The translations under genes and the position numbers were made by a program. Positions 1 through 8,484 of a stretch of DNA of 39,361 bases are shown piece after piece (the stretch's first letter is position 1; the number at the start of each line of letters is the position of its first letter). The DNA is from Candidatus Delongbacteria bacterium (GTDB lineage: Bacteria; CAIWAD01; BS150m-G50). The notes beneath the pieces were generated by a model. The model saw only the letters and a list, made by a program, of their open reading frames with translations. It made no database searches and had not been told where the DNA came from. Location of the stretch: positions 1 through 39,361 of the forward strand of contig JADHUQ010000002.1 in the NCBI GenBank assembly GCA_016784425.1, written 5' to 3'.

Positions 1-687
1 GTTGAGACCCAGCTGACGCTGATTGACAAGCTTTATCAGTGTGGAATCGCCATACTCTTCGGTCAGTAACAGAACCTTGGAGTAACCATCGTGGTGGGGA
101 TCCATCCGGTCCAGTTTATGGTTGAATACATGATACTTGTGTGAAAGATCAGAGCGGTAAGGACGCCAGTTTTCCGTCAGATACTCCGCCAGGCCCTCCA
201 CAAACCAGCCAGGCGTCTGCGAGATCAAAAAACTCCAGGGCTGCGGCAACCAGGACTTGACCGCATTGAAGTAGATGATGTGCTGTAATTCATGCGCCAG
301 CACCTGCTGTAACCATTTGCCGTTCTCGAGCCAGATACCGGCATCATTCTGATCGACCCAGATGAATGTCTGGTTGGTCCAGAGGGCGTAACCGTTCATT
401 ATTTCATCTTCGCTGGTGAAGATAATGTCGATGACTGGTGTTTGCGCAATACCCATCTGCGCCATCAACGTGGCACGTATCTGTTCGGCCCAGTCGGCTC
501 CAACCTGTGCCAACTCCTCAATACCGGCATGATAGTGAACATTGAAGTGCTCTGTTTCGAGCGTGTGCCAGTCCAGTTCACTGTGAACGCGACCTGACCA
601 GCTCCAGGTGCCCTGGGCCAGCGTCAGCAACGGCAAGGACAAGAACATCAGCAAAACCGGCAGGTGATACATTCTGCGGTGCGTCAT
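1..687 (-). CDS. Secreted zinc metallopeptidase, Peptidase_MA-like (partial; C-terminus lies beyond the left edge)
   Basis: Minus-strand frame open to the window edge, so it is missing from the supplied track. My translation from the ATG (complement of 685-687) reads MTHRRMYHLPVLLMFLSLPLLTLAQG (signal peptide) ... WLQQVLAHELQHIIYFNAV ... PGWFVEGLAEYLTENW. HExxH plus a downstream EGxAEY glutamate is the gluzincin / Peptidase_MA_2 signature. An alternative ATG lies at the complement of 670-672. Confidence 0.75.
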   Translation of the reverse strand, partial: MTHRRMYHLPVLLMFLSLPLLTLAQGTWSWSGRVHSELDWHTLETEHFNVHYHAGIEELAQVGADWAEQIRATLMAQMGIAQTPVIDIIFTSEDEIMNGYALWTNQTFIWVDQNDAGIWLENGKWLQQVLAHELQHIIYFNAVKSWLPQPWSFLISQTPGWFVEGLAEYLTENWRPYRSDLSHKYHVFNHKLDRMDPHHDGYSKVLLLTEEYGDSTLIKLVNQRQLGLN

Positions 688-981
688 GAAAACCCCCTGT
701 GTGCTATAATGCCGTTAGGAATACGGCGTGTTGGCGGACAATCCCGCTCCTGGAGAGCAATATATTTCTTTGCTGAGACTTTTTGTAAAGCGCATTTTAC
801 CACCTGATCTCGTCGGACCGTTGAGCTGGCGCAGCAGGCCGCTGTGGCGTTATTCTCAAATAATATCAATTCAAAACCTGTGATACATCTTTTTATACTT
901 ATTCCTGATCACTTCTACTCGGTTCTATCCGGTGGAATCTGTTTCTTAACGGCAGGAAGATAGTTACAACAGGAGGCTTTT

Positions 982-1209
982 ATGCCACGCGTAGTACACT
1001 TTGAAATCAACGCCGATGATCCGGAACGCGCCGCAGGATTCTACCGGGGGGTTTTCGATTGGGATATCAACAAGTGGGACGGTCCGGTTGATTACTGGAT
1101 GGCAGCTACAGGACCAAAGGAGGAGCCGGGGATCGACGGTGGTATTATGCAGCGGGAGCATCCCGGCGCCACCATCATTAATACTATCGGGGTGGATTCA
1201 AAGGGATGA
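982..1209 (+). CDS. VOC (glyoxalase/bleomycin-resistance/dioxygenase) family protein, short form, probably 3'-truncated
   Basis: AGGAGG lies 6 nt upstream of the ATG. The N-terminus MPRVVHFEINADDPERAAGFYRGVFDWDI...EPGIDGGIM is the typical first beta-alpha-beta-beta-beta module of roughly 120-aa VOC proteins. The ORF stops at 75 aa, where homologues continue with a second module. Confidence 0.7.
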   Translation: MPRVVHFEINADDPERAAGFYRGVFDWDINKWDGPVDYWMAATGPKEEPGIDGGIMQREHPGATIINTIGVDSKG

Positions 1210-1283
1210 GTCCAGGAGCAAACCGTGCGGTTGCCCCTGCTCCCGATCAAGTTACAGGGAACGGAAAATGAGAAGTCACGAAG

Positions 1284-3092
1284 TTGATTACGAGATACTG
1301 GGCGGCGATTGAGGTGAAACCGTTACGACTCTCTCTCGGTTTCAAACTCTTTGCGGTAAGTACCCTGATAGTACTGCTGACCGGTGCCAGCATCGGTGTC
1401 ATCAGTATGCTGGAGGCGAGGCAGACAATCGAACAGGAAGCGAGTCGACAGCTGATGGGGGTGGCTCTGGAACGACGCGCCCGCCTCGAGTTGTGGCTGA
1501 GTGAACGAATGCGGGCCGCCTCACTGGAGTCTGTCCCTGAGATCCGGCTGGTGATCGAGAGTTGCGAAATTCATCCTCAGCAATGCCCCGGCATTCTGCA
1601 ACCGTTGAACTCGCTCCTGGAGCAGAAGATGGAGCTTGACAGCACCATGCTCTTCGCCGCAGTTTTCGACCAGGAGTTGAACCTGCTCGCCTGCGCCGGT
1701 TCCGGTGTGGATGTTACCGCCGCGGTCAGCCTGCCGGAAGTACTCAGCGCCCTCAAAGGGAAAGGATCCTATGGGCGTCTGCAATTGAACGATGACCAGA
1801 TCGCCGCGCTGAATCTGGCGGTCCCCTTTTCACTCCCCTACGGAACCAACGGTATCCTCCTGCAGCAGTACAGCAGCGCCACCACGATCAATCCGGTCCT
1901 GGCCGATATTGCCGATCTTGGACAGCGGGGTGAGGCGTACCTGGTCGATGCTGATACCGTCATGCTGACCCCCTCCCGTTTTCATCATCATCCGGAACCG
2001 TTGACCCACAAGATGCCGTTGCCACCGGTATTGGAGGCATTACAGGGGAAGAGCGGTGTTATGGTTTATGCCGGCTTTCTCGGTGGAAAAGTGATGGGTG
2101 CCTACAACTGGTTACCGGAAATCAACGGGGCCATCATCGTGGAGATGGATATCGAAGAGGTATTCGCACCCTTGCGGGGAATCCTGGTCGACACCCTGCT
2201 GGCGGCCACGGTCGCCCTGGCAGTGATGCTCTCCATCGTCCTGTTGCTGGCCCGCAACTGGAGCAGACCGCTGGGCGCTCTGGTCACCGCCAGTAATCAG
2301 GTCGGCAGGGGAGACCTCACCGTACGGGTAGCAGAAGAGAGCCGGGGTGATGAAATCGGCAGCCTGTTGGTCAATTTCAACCTCATGGTCAAAGGTCTGG
2401 AGGATTCCCGCCGCCAGCTGGTACAGGCGGAAAAGATGGCCGCCATCGGGCAACTGGTTGCCGGTATCGTACACGAAATGCGTAATCCCCTCTCCTCTAT
2501 CAAAATGAATGTCAGGTTGCTGCAACGGCGGCTGCAGGAGATGTCAACGGTCAGGGAGAGCCTCGAGATTGCCTCCGGGGAGGTGGAACGGCTGGAAAGA
2601 ATGCTGGCTGAACTGCTGGATTACAGTAAGCCGCCGACATTCAAACCTGAAACCTTTGCACCCGGAATTCTGTTGGAACGGGTACGCCGGGCAGTGACGG
2701 AACCGGCCGCAGCAAACGAGATCGAGCTCACCTGCACCAGCGCACCGGAAATCGCCACCCTCTACGGAGATCTTGAGCTGATGGAAAGGGCGGTAGTAAA
2801 CCTGTTACTCAATGCTATTCAAGCCTGCGATAAGAAGGGCAGGGTGGAGCTGCGGATCGAGGAGGCAGCCGGTGGCACGCTTCTGCAGGTCAGTGATCGC
2901 GGCCGGGGTATGAATACCCATGTGCTGGAACGGTTGTTTGACCCCTTCTTTACCACTCGTCCGGACGGGATCGGTCTGGGGATGGCTTCCGTCAGGAAAA
3001 TTGTTGAGACTCATGACGGACAACTCCAGGTTGAAAGCCTGGTTGACCAGGGTACAACAGTGAGAATAATTCTGCCGGGAGGAAACAGCTGA
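1284..3092 (+). CDS. Sensor histidine kinase (TM, about 260-aa periplasmic Cache-like domain, TM, HAMP, HisKA, HATPase_c)
   Basis: Two hydrophobic segments (about aa 20-44 and 300-325) bracket an extracytoplasmic domain. H-box VAGIVHEMRNPLSSI, N-box NLLLNAIQA, G1 DRGRGM and G2 GIGLGMA are present. The start is uncertain: TTG at 1284 or in-frame GTG at 1314. The stop overlaps the start of the downstream regulator (ATGA at 3089-3092). Confidence 0.9.
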   Translation: MITRYWAAIEVKPLRLSLGFKLFAVSTLIVLLTGASIGVISMLEARQTIEQEASRQLMGVALERRARLELWLSERMRAASLESVPEIRLVIESCEIHPQQCPGILQPLNSLLEQKMELDSTMLFAAVFDQELNLLACAGSGVDVTAAVSLPEVLSALKGKGSYGRLQLNDDQIAALNLAVPFSLPYGTNGILLQQYSSATTINPVLADIADLGQRGEAYLVDADTVMLTPSRFHHHPEPLTHKMPLPPVLEALQGKSGVMVYAGFLGGKVMGAYNWLPEINGAIIVEMDIEEVFAPLRGILVDTLLAATVALAVMLSIVLLLARNWSRPLGALVTASNQVGRGDLTVRVAEESRGDEIGSLLVNFNLMVKGLEDSRRQLVQAEKMAAIGQLVAGIVHEMRNPLSSIKMNVRLLQRRLQEMSTVRESLEIASGEVERLERMLAELLDYSKPPTFKPETFAPGILLERVRRAVTEPAAANEIELTCTSAPEIATLYGDLELMERAVVNLLLNAIQACDKKGRVELRIEEAAGGTLLQVSDRGRGMNTHVLERLFDPFFTTRPDGIGLGMASVRKIVETHDGQLQVESLVDQGTTVRIILPGGNS

Positions 3093-4432
3093 TGGCCCGT
3101 ATTCTGGTGATTGACGATGATAAAGCCGCCTGCAGAACGTTGGAGTTGTTTTTCCAGGAGGCGGGGCACGAAGTGTTGACCGCCGGTACAGCCGCCTCTG
3201 GTATGGAGACTTGGCGGAAATCCAACCCCAGTGTTGTCCTGCTGGACCTGATGCTACCGGACGGTTACGGTCTGGACCTGCTTACGGAAGCCAGTCAGCA
3301 GGGTTTACCCGGTGTGGTGATCATGATTACCGGACACCAGGATCTGGATCTGACAATCCAGGGAATGCGTAGCGGTGCCTGGGACTATATTCACAAACCG
3401 CTCAACATTGATGAGTTGGAACAGGCGGTGATGAGTGCGCTGGCGTTGGAGAACAACACGGAGAATCCCGCTCTGGTAGTGGACCTGCTGGCCGAGATCC
3501 ATCCGGAGAAGATTGTCGGTTGCAGCCGGGCGCTGGTCGAAATCCATAAAAAGATCGGTCTGACCAGCCGGGGGCAGGCCAATGTCCTGATCACCGGTGA
3601 TTCCGGGACCGGTAAGGAACTGGTCGCCCGTGCCATTCACCGCTACACCTGTCCCCTGGAGCCGCTGGTGGCGGTAAACTGCAGCGCTTTTGTCCCCACC
3701 CTGCTGGAGAGTGAACTGTTCGGACATGAAAAAGGCGCCTTTACCGGGGCTGACCGTAAAAAGCAGGGTCGCTTTGAACTGGCGGGCAGCGGGACACTTT
3801 TCCTGGACGAAATCGGCGACCTGGATCACGCCCTGCAGGTCAAGTTGCTGCGGGTACTCCAGGAAAAAGTTTTCGAGCGGGTGGGCGGCACCGAGGAGGT
3901 AGAATTCAAAGCCCGGGTGATCGCCGCCACCAACCGTGACCTGGAGTCGCTGGTTGCCGCCGGCAGTTTTCGGGAAGACCTCCTCTTCCGTCTCAAAGTA
4001 ATCGAGATTGATCTCCCCCCCCTGCGGGAGAGACGGGAAGATATTCCACCCCTTACCGAACACCTGCTGCTCAAGATCAACCGCGAGCTGAAGCGGGAGG
4101 TTACCGAGGTTGCGCCGGCTGTTCTGCAACGCCTGCAGAATTATGACTGGCCCGGTAATGTAAGAGAACTGGAGAATCGACTTACCGCCGCGGTCATGCT
4201 TTCAAATGGAAAATCGCTGGATATCGATCTGCCGCAGCCGGAGGGAGCCGCTGAGCCGCCTCCCTCGAGTTCGTCAGACTGGCAGAGTTCGCTGGCACAG
4301 GTGGAAAGTCGGCATATCGCCGGTGTACTGAAAGCTTGTGGCTGGAATCTGGGTAAGACCTGTGATATTCTCGGTATCACCCGTCCGACTTTGCGTCGAA
4401 AAATTGAGGAGTACTCCCTCACCCGGGATTGA
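3092..4432 (+). CDS. Sigma54-dependent response regulator (REC + AAA+ sigma54-interaction domain + Fis-type HTH), NtrC/ZraR family
   Basis: REC domain with LLDLMLPD. Walker A GDSGTGKE. Intact GAFTGA loop (EKGAFTGA). Walker [18 protein letters not shown] and a C-terminal HTH_8 ([15 protein letters not shown]) are present. Translationally coupled to the kinase. Confidence 0.95.
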   Translation: MARILVIDDDKAACRTLELFFQEAGHEVLTAGTAASGMETWRKSNPSVVLLDLMLPDGYGLDLLTEASQQGLPGVVIMITGHQDLDLTIQGMRSGAWDYIHKPLNIDELEQAVMSALALENNTENPALVVDLLAEIHPEKIVGCSRALVEIHKKIGLTSRGQANVLITGDSGTGKELVARAIHRYTCPLEPLVAVNCSAFVPTLLESELFGHEKGAFTGADRKKQGRFELAGSGTLFLDEIGDLDHALQVKLLRVLQEKVFERVGGTEEVEFKARVIAATNRDLESLVAAGSFREDLLFRLKVIEIDLPPLRERREDIPPLTEHLLLKINRELKREVTEVAPAVLQRLQNYDWPGNVRELENRLTAAVMLSNGKSLDIDLPQPEGAAEPPPSSSSDWQSSLAQVESRHIAGVLKACGWNLGKTCDILGITRPTLRRKIEEYSLTRD

Positions 4433-4450
4433 AAATAACAAACATCACAG

Positions 4451-4467
4451 TGAATGATTCTTTCAAT
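4451..4467 (-). promoter_or_regulatory. Candidate enhancer (UAS) site 1, ATTGAAAGAATCATTCA on the minus strand, embedded in the inverted repeat GTGAAT-N10-ATTCAC (4450-4471)
   Basis: Centred about 90 bp upstream of the -24 GG at 4549. It shares 15/17 nt with the site at 13507-13523 and the exact 8-mer ATTGAAAG with the site at 6799-6815. Confidence 0.4.
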
Positions 4468-4547
4468 TCACCCCAACGGTATTTAACCGGGGAGAATATA
4501 CTGGTTGTAACACAAGAACATACAGCAACTTAAGATTGAGAGATTTT

Positions 4548-4563
4548 AGGCACGCCCTTTGCT
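4548..4563 (+). promoter_or_regulatory. Sigma54 (-24/-12) promoter P1: AGGCAC-GCCCT-TTGCT
   Basis: GG at 4549-4550 and GC at 4561-4562 give exact GG-N10-GC spacing. It matches the TGGCAC-N5-TTGCW consensus at all but the first base. It lies about 80 nt upstream of the DUF2892 start and directly downstream of the bEBP gene. Confidence 0.7.
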
Positions 4564-4643
4564 TTGACAGGGGTAGTTACAGGTAGACCGGACAGTCTTA
4601 AACAGCCGGTCCGGCACACCCTTGAATCGCAAAGGAGATCCAA

Positions 4644-4862
4644 ATGAAACGAAATGTAGGCAATGGAGATCGCTATTTCAGGGTAGCAGTAGGAATTATT
4701 GTTATCGCGGTCGGCCTTTATTGGGAAACCTGGTGGGGCGCAATCGGGCTCCTGCCACTGTTAACAGGCGCTATGGGCTGGTGCCCGGCGTATTTGCCGT
4801 TAGGATTATCCAGCCGTAAAGGCGATCATTTAACAGAAGCATCCACTGAAGGCAATAAATGA
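4644..4862 (+). CDS. DUF2892 (YgaP-like) small inner-membrane protein
   Basis: AAAGGAG lies upstream of the ATG. The 72-aa product has the family pattern DRxFRxxxG...two TM helices...GWCPAY. It is the first gene after sigma54 promoter P1. Confidence 0.8.
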   Translation: MKRNVGNGDRYFRVAVGIIVIAVGLYWETWWGAIGLLPLLTGAMGWCPAYLPLGLSSRKGDHLTEASTEGNK

Positions 4863-5107
4863 TCCGTTTGGTTTAAATGGGGCAGGGGTAGCAGACTGGA
4901 ACGGAGACTGAACGGAATAACAGCATGGATGCAAGAAGCACCATTGGTCTGGTTCGTTTATAACCTGTTCCAGCATGACTCATAAAACCTGCTCATGCGA
5001 CCGCCAATCGCCAGGATGTGCCTTATTGAAAACAGTAAAAGCAGATAGAAATGACTTAGCAGAAGAACCGTGATCAAACACAACCTAAAAAATGATGGAG
5101 GATTCAA

Positions 5108-5689
5108 ATGAAGATGAAACTACTCACCCCCCGCCTGACCGGATTAGCCCTGGCAGCCATGATGTTGTTCAGTTTTCAGGCTGTCAGCTTTGCTGGTGCC
5201 GGATGTGGCAAGACCTGCGGCAGCACCTGTGGCAGTGCGAAAGTCGGCGCTGATCTTGGTGTTGGTTGCAGTGGTCATGCTACGGCGACCGCAACGACTG
5301 ATGGAGCTACAACTGAGAAGAAAGCTGCCTGCCCCCATGCTGGAGCCGGTCATGCTGTTGGTGCCGGTGCTGCGGGTAACCCCCATGCCGCTATGGCGAT
5401 GGAAGCTCTGAATTATGTCAACACCGCCGAGAAGCTCTACACCTGCCCGATGCATGCTGAAGTAGTAACAGCGGATGGTGATAAGCTCTGTCCCTCCTGC
5501 AACATGGAGTTACGCCCGATGAGCGCCAAGGAGATGAAGAAATTGCGTGCTTCCGAGCCCAAAGGTTGTCCGATGTGCGCCCTGGTTCTGCCTGGTGACG
5601 CTGAGCAGACAACCTGTCCCACCTGCGAAATGAAGCTGATGCCGGTGCCCCCGATGCCCCAGACTGGTCGCACACCCGCAGGAATGTAG
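5108..5689 (+). CDS. Secreted Cys/His/Met-rich metal-binding protein with two HMBD-type modules (paralog 1)
   Basis: GGAGGA RBS. Signal peptide MKMKLLTPRLTGLALAAMMLFSFQAVSFA. CGKTCGSTCGS and GCSGHA motifs, plus a His/Ala-rich stretch. Module 1 is LYTCPMHAEVV...CPSCNMEL and module 2 is GCPMC...CPTCEMKL, both of the heavy-metal-binding-domain pattern YxCPMHP...CPxCxMxL. Confidence 0.8.
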   Translation: MKMKLLTPRLTGLALAAMMLFSFQAVSFAGAGCGKTCGSTCGSAKVGADLGVGCSGHATATATTDGATTEKKAACPHAGAGHAVGAGAAGNPHAAMAMEALNYVNTAEKLYTCPMHAEVVTADGDKLCPSCNMELRPMSAKEMKKLRASEPKGCPMCALVLPGDAEQTTCPTCEMKLMPVPPMPQTGRTPAGM

Positions 5690-5692
5690 CAA

Positions 5693-6634
5693 ATGACACT
5701 CAGTGCTCAACGGCTGGCTATGGAGATCGACGATCTGCGTCGCAGTCAGAACGCTGTAATACTGGCCCATTTTTATCAACGGGATGAGATTCAGAATCTC
5801 GCTGACGAAATCGGTGATTCACTGAAGCTGGCCCAGGTAGCAGCAGAAACGACAGCAGATGTGATAATGTTCTGCGGTGTTCGCTTTATGGCGGAAACCG
5901 CTAAAATCCTCAATCAGGATAAAACAGTATTGCTGCCGGATCTGGACGCTGGTTGCTCACTGGTCAACGATTGTCCCGCTGATAAGTTCGCCGCCTTCAA
6001 GGCGGACTATCCGGATCATATCGTTCTCTGTTATGTCAACTCCTCGCCGGAAGTAAAAGCACTGAGCGATATTATTGTTACCAGCGCCAACGCTGAGAAG
6101 ATCGTACGAACTATCCCTCCAGAACAGGGGATCATATTCACACCCGATCGCAACCTGGGCCGTTATCTGATACGCAAAACCGGTCGGGAAATGGTACTCT
6201 GGCAAGCGGACTGTGAGGTACATGTGGCTTTCAGCGAGCAGGAGTTACTCCGTGTCAAACAGGAAAATCCCGGCGTCAAAGTCCTGGCACATCCTGAATG
6301 TATCCAGGAGGTTTTGCAGCATGCTGAAGTGGTTGGATCCACCAGCAAGCTGCTGCAGTATTCTCGTGAAAGTGATGATGCTGCCCTCATTGTTGCCACG
6401 GAACCGGGGATCATTTACCAGATGCAGAAGAGCAATCCAGACCGCAAGTACATCCTGGCTCCAGCCATACTCGATGGACGGGAATGCGCCTGTAATGTCT
6501 GCCCCTACATGAAACTCAACACACTTGAGAAGATACACGCAGCCTTCAAAACCGGTCAGCCGGAAATAACACTGCCGTCAGAACTGATGCGTGAAGCTGC
6601 CCGTCCGATCAAGCGGATGTTGGAACTTTCTTAA
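5693..6634 (+). CDS. nadA: Quinolinate synthase NadA ([4Fe-4S] enzyme of de novo NAD synthesis)
   Basis: 313 aa. AVILAHFYQRDEIQNLAD.IGDSL.L, FCGVRFMAETAKIL, DAGCSL, HPEC and CPYMK are present, covering the conserved NadA blocks and the three cluster Cys positions. The start lies 3 nt after the stop of the HMBD-1 gene. Confidence 0.93.
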   Translation: MTLSAQRLAMEIDDLRRSQNAVILAHFYQRDEIQNLADEIGDSLKLAQVAAETTADVIMFCGVRFMAETAKILNQDKTVLLPDLDAGCSLVNDCPADKFAAFKADYPDHIVLCYVNSSPEVKALSDIIVTSANAEKIVRTIPPEQGIIFTPDRNLGRYLIRKTGREMVLWQADCEVHVAFSEQELLRVKQENPGVKVLAHPECIQEVLQHAEVVGSTSKLLQYSRESDDAALIVATEPGIIYQMQKSNPDRKYILAPAILDGRECACNVCPYMKLNTLEKIHAAFKTGQPEITLPSELMREAARPIKRMLELS

Positions 6635-6798
6635 GAGCTGCCGGGATCCGGCTGGCGTCTGATCACTACCCCCTGCTAGGTGTTCAGATCCACCGGACCC
6701 CGTGCGCTCTTTGTTTTGATGACTGTTACCACCTGAGTTACAGATTCTCAGTTTCTTATTGCGGCAACGACTTTGAAGTTCGATAAGATCAGGGACCG

Positions 6799-6815
6799 AT
6801 TGAAAGTTTCTTGCA
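6799..6815 (+). promoter_or_regulatory. Candidate enhancer (UAS) site 2, ATTGAAAGTTTCTTGCA (part of the near-palindrome ATTGAAAG-TTT-CTTGCAAT)
   Basis: Centred about 117 bp upstream of the -24 GG at 6924. It carries the same 8-mer and overall pattern as sites 1 and 3. Confidence 0.4.
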
Positions 6816-6922
6816 ATTCTACCAGGACACCTCTCCCCAAGTCTGCTCTTTCTGTTTATAACACAGCTTAAAAATCCCACCTAAATACTTAATATAAAAT
6901 TGGTTACATCATTCTATTGTGG

Positions 6923-6938
6923 TGGCACAGCTTTTGCG
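6923..6938 (+). promoter_or_regulatory. Sigma54 (-24/-12) promoter P2: TGGCAC-AGCTT-TTGCG
   Basis: GG at 6924-6925 and GC at 6936-6937 give exact N10 spacing, with a perfect TGGCAC and TTGC. It lies about 45 nt upstream of the outer-membrane factor gene. Confidence 0.75.
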
Positions 6939-6983
6939 TAACCACGCTTTGAGCTCGCAATCGTTGGTAGCGTCTTTTGTCAA

Positions 6984-8303
6984 ATGAGGCTTATGATGGT
7001 TAAGTTTTTGAAAGAAGGTGGTTTTCTCCCCTTTACTACCGGTATCCTGATGCTGGTTGCGGTCAGTCACACCACAGCGCAAATCACCGAATTGGAACCG
7101 CAGCTGCAGGACCATATCAGGGCAGCCTTGACAGATAACCTGGATCTTGACAGCTGGACAGAGCGGGTGACAGCCTCAGAAAAGAGGATTTCACAGGCGG
7201 GTGCCTGGCAGGATCCAATGCTCACGGTCGGTTTGATGAACCTCCCGGTAAATTCGTTTGATTTCAATCAGGAACCGATGACTGGTGCCTGGATCACACT
7301 GTCACAATCGATCCCACTCACTGACCGGTATTCAACCCAGCGGGACATAGCGACTCTCTCGACGGAACGGGTTGAAACAGAGCTTCTGGTGCGCCAATTC
7401 GACATCGCCGGGAGCATCGGTGAAGCCTGGTATGACTGGACTTTTTACAGGGCTGCGGTGGCTACACTCGACTCCACCATCGAGGTACTGGATCAGTTTC
7501 TCCAGATTGCGGGCAGCAAGTATGAGACCGGTTCCGGTTTGCTGCAGGATCTTTTCAAAATTGAGACTGAACAGGCCCGTCTGCTCGACAAGCGTGCGGT
7601 ACTTGCACAGATGGCAAAAACCACCGGTGAAAGAGTGGCAATCCTGCTGGGACGAGATCCGCTGGATGTACCACCAGCGCCCGGTTCAATCCCACAGCAA
7701 TTCACTCCACTGACGGATATCGGTCTGGACAGCCTGCTCATCAAAGACAGTCCCACCCTCGCTTCAACTCGCACCGGCCTGGAGATCACCCGCCGTCAGC
7801 TGGATCTGAAAAAAAGCTTACGCTGGCCCAATCTGAACCTGAATGCCGGGTACGGCTACCGCCAGGATGCAGCTGATGGAATGTCCCGGCCTGATTTTTT
7901 CAGCCTTACGGCCGGTATCTCTATTCCTGTCTTCGGTTCAGCCAAGCAGGGCGCCGCTGTTGAAGAAGCTGCCGCGGTATCACGAGAGCGGCAATCACAA
8001 TTGAACAACCAGCTCCTTCAACTCCGTTTTGCACTCCAGGCCTTACTGGATGAGGATTTACGATTGGATGAACAGATCACAATATACAGTAGCAACCTGC
8101 TACCGTTGGCAACGGCGACAGTGTCGGCTTCCATCTCAACCTATTCCGTGAATAAGACCGACATAGAGGCATTGCTGATGGCGCAGACAGCTCTGTTTAA
8201 TTCGAGACTGGAACTGATAGACCGGCTGCGTGATCGTGCGAAAACCCGGGTGAGAATTGCCGCCCTGGTCGGCAGCAGCGAGCTGATACTTCGCGACGAG
8301 TAG
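6984..8303 (+). CDS. cusC: Outer-membrane efflux factor (TolC/OEP family, CusC/CzcC-like)
   Basis: Signal peptide. Two OEP repeats with long heptad-like helical stretches. It sits as the first gene of an OMF-MFP-RND operon. There is no lipobox Cys, so it is CzcC-like in that respect. ATG at 6993 is an alternative start. Confidence 0.85.
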   Translation: MRLMMVKFLKEGGFLPFTTGILMLVAVSHTTAQITELEPQLQDHIRAALTDNLDLDSWTERVTASEKRISQAGAWQDPMLTVGLMNLPVNSFDFNQEPMTGAWITLSQSIPLTDRYSTQRDIATLSTERVETELLVRQFDIAGSIGEAWYDWTFYRAAVATLDSTIEVLDQFLQIAGSKYETGSGLLQDLFKIETEQARLLDKRAVLAQMAKTTGERVAILLGRDPLDVPPAPGSIPQQFTPLTDIGLDSLLIKDSPTLASTRTGLEITRRQLDLKKSLRWPNLNLNAGYGYRQDAADGMSRPDFFSLTAGISIPVFGSAKQGAAVEEAAAVSRERQSQLNNQLLQLRFALQALLDEDLRLDEQITIYSSNLLPLATATVSASISTYSVNKTDIEALLMAQTALFNSRLELIDRLRDRAKTRVRIAALVGSSELILRDE

Positions 8304-8330
8304 CGCTTTCCTGAGGAGTACAAACCACTT

Positions 8331-8413
8331 ATAGTATTGCTTGCTTCGTTGCTGCAGGCAACGCTTTAGTAATTAATGACCGCTGAGGGGATTAGTTTGT
8401 GAAGCAATACTAT
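8331..8413 (+). repeat. Nested inverted repeats in the 181-bp cusC-cusB spacer (predicted RNA stem-loop structure)
   Basis: The outer arms ATAGTATTGCTT (8331-8342) and AAGCAATACTAT (8402-8413) are perfectly complementary over 12 nt. An inner hairpin is CGTTGC-TGCAG-GCAACG (8347-8363). There is no ORF in the spacer. Confidence 0.4.
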
Positions 8414-8484
8414 GGGCCCGATGCTTTGCTGACCGCGCTTTAAAGGCGATTAATTCTAAGCATCGGTATAACAGAGGTGATAGA

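Noticed and set aside
2873-2887. TGGCAC hexamers inside coding sequence (for example 2873 in the kinase gene; others in the 4Fe-4S gene, the OMP gene and the PEGA gene)
   Set aside because: None has a GC dinucleotide at the N10 position with a TTGC context, and all are intragenic.
3305-4129. Long antisense ORFs opposite well-supported genes (3305-4129, 9625-10260, 11323-11835, 12443-12979, 20138-20671, 32353-33141, 34863-35375, 35682-36143)
   Set aside because: Each lies opposite a gene with strong family motifs. Their products have skewed, low-complexity composition with no recognisable motifs, signal peptides or ribosome-binding sites. This is the expected by-product of codon bias at this GC content.
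4878-4893. Weak GG-N10-GC string TGGGGCAGGGGTAGCA upstream of the HMBD-1 gene
   Set aside because: The spacing is right, but the -24 box (TGGGGC) and -12 box (TAGCA) both deviate. It sits more than 210 bp from the start codon and has no ATTGAAAG motif upstream. The promoter of HMBD-1/nadA is therefore left unassigned.
4975-5073. 32-codon Cys-rich small ORF (MTHKTCSCDRQSPGCALLKTVKADRNDLAEEP) in the DUF2892 to HMBD-1 spacer
   Set aside because: It is tempting in a metal locus, but there is no Shine-Dalgarno sequence upstream, it is very short, and nothing can be verified by eye. Proteomics or ribosome profiling would be needed before calling it.
8413-8430. Sigma54-like string TGGGCCCGATGCTTTGCT upstream of the cusB-like gene
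   Set aside because: GG to GC spacing is 11 (or 12), not the required 10, and the -24 element is poor (GGGCCC). This is not comparable with the three canonical sites.
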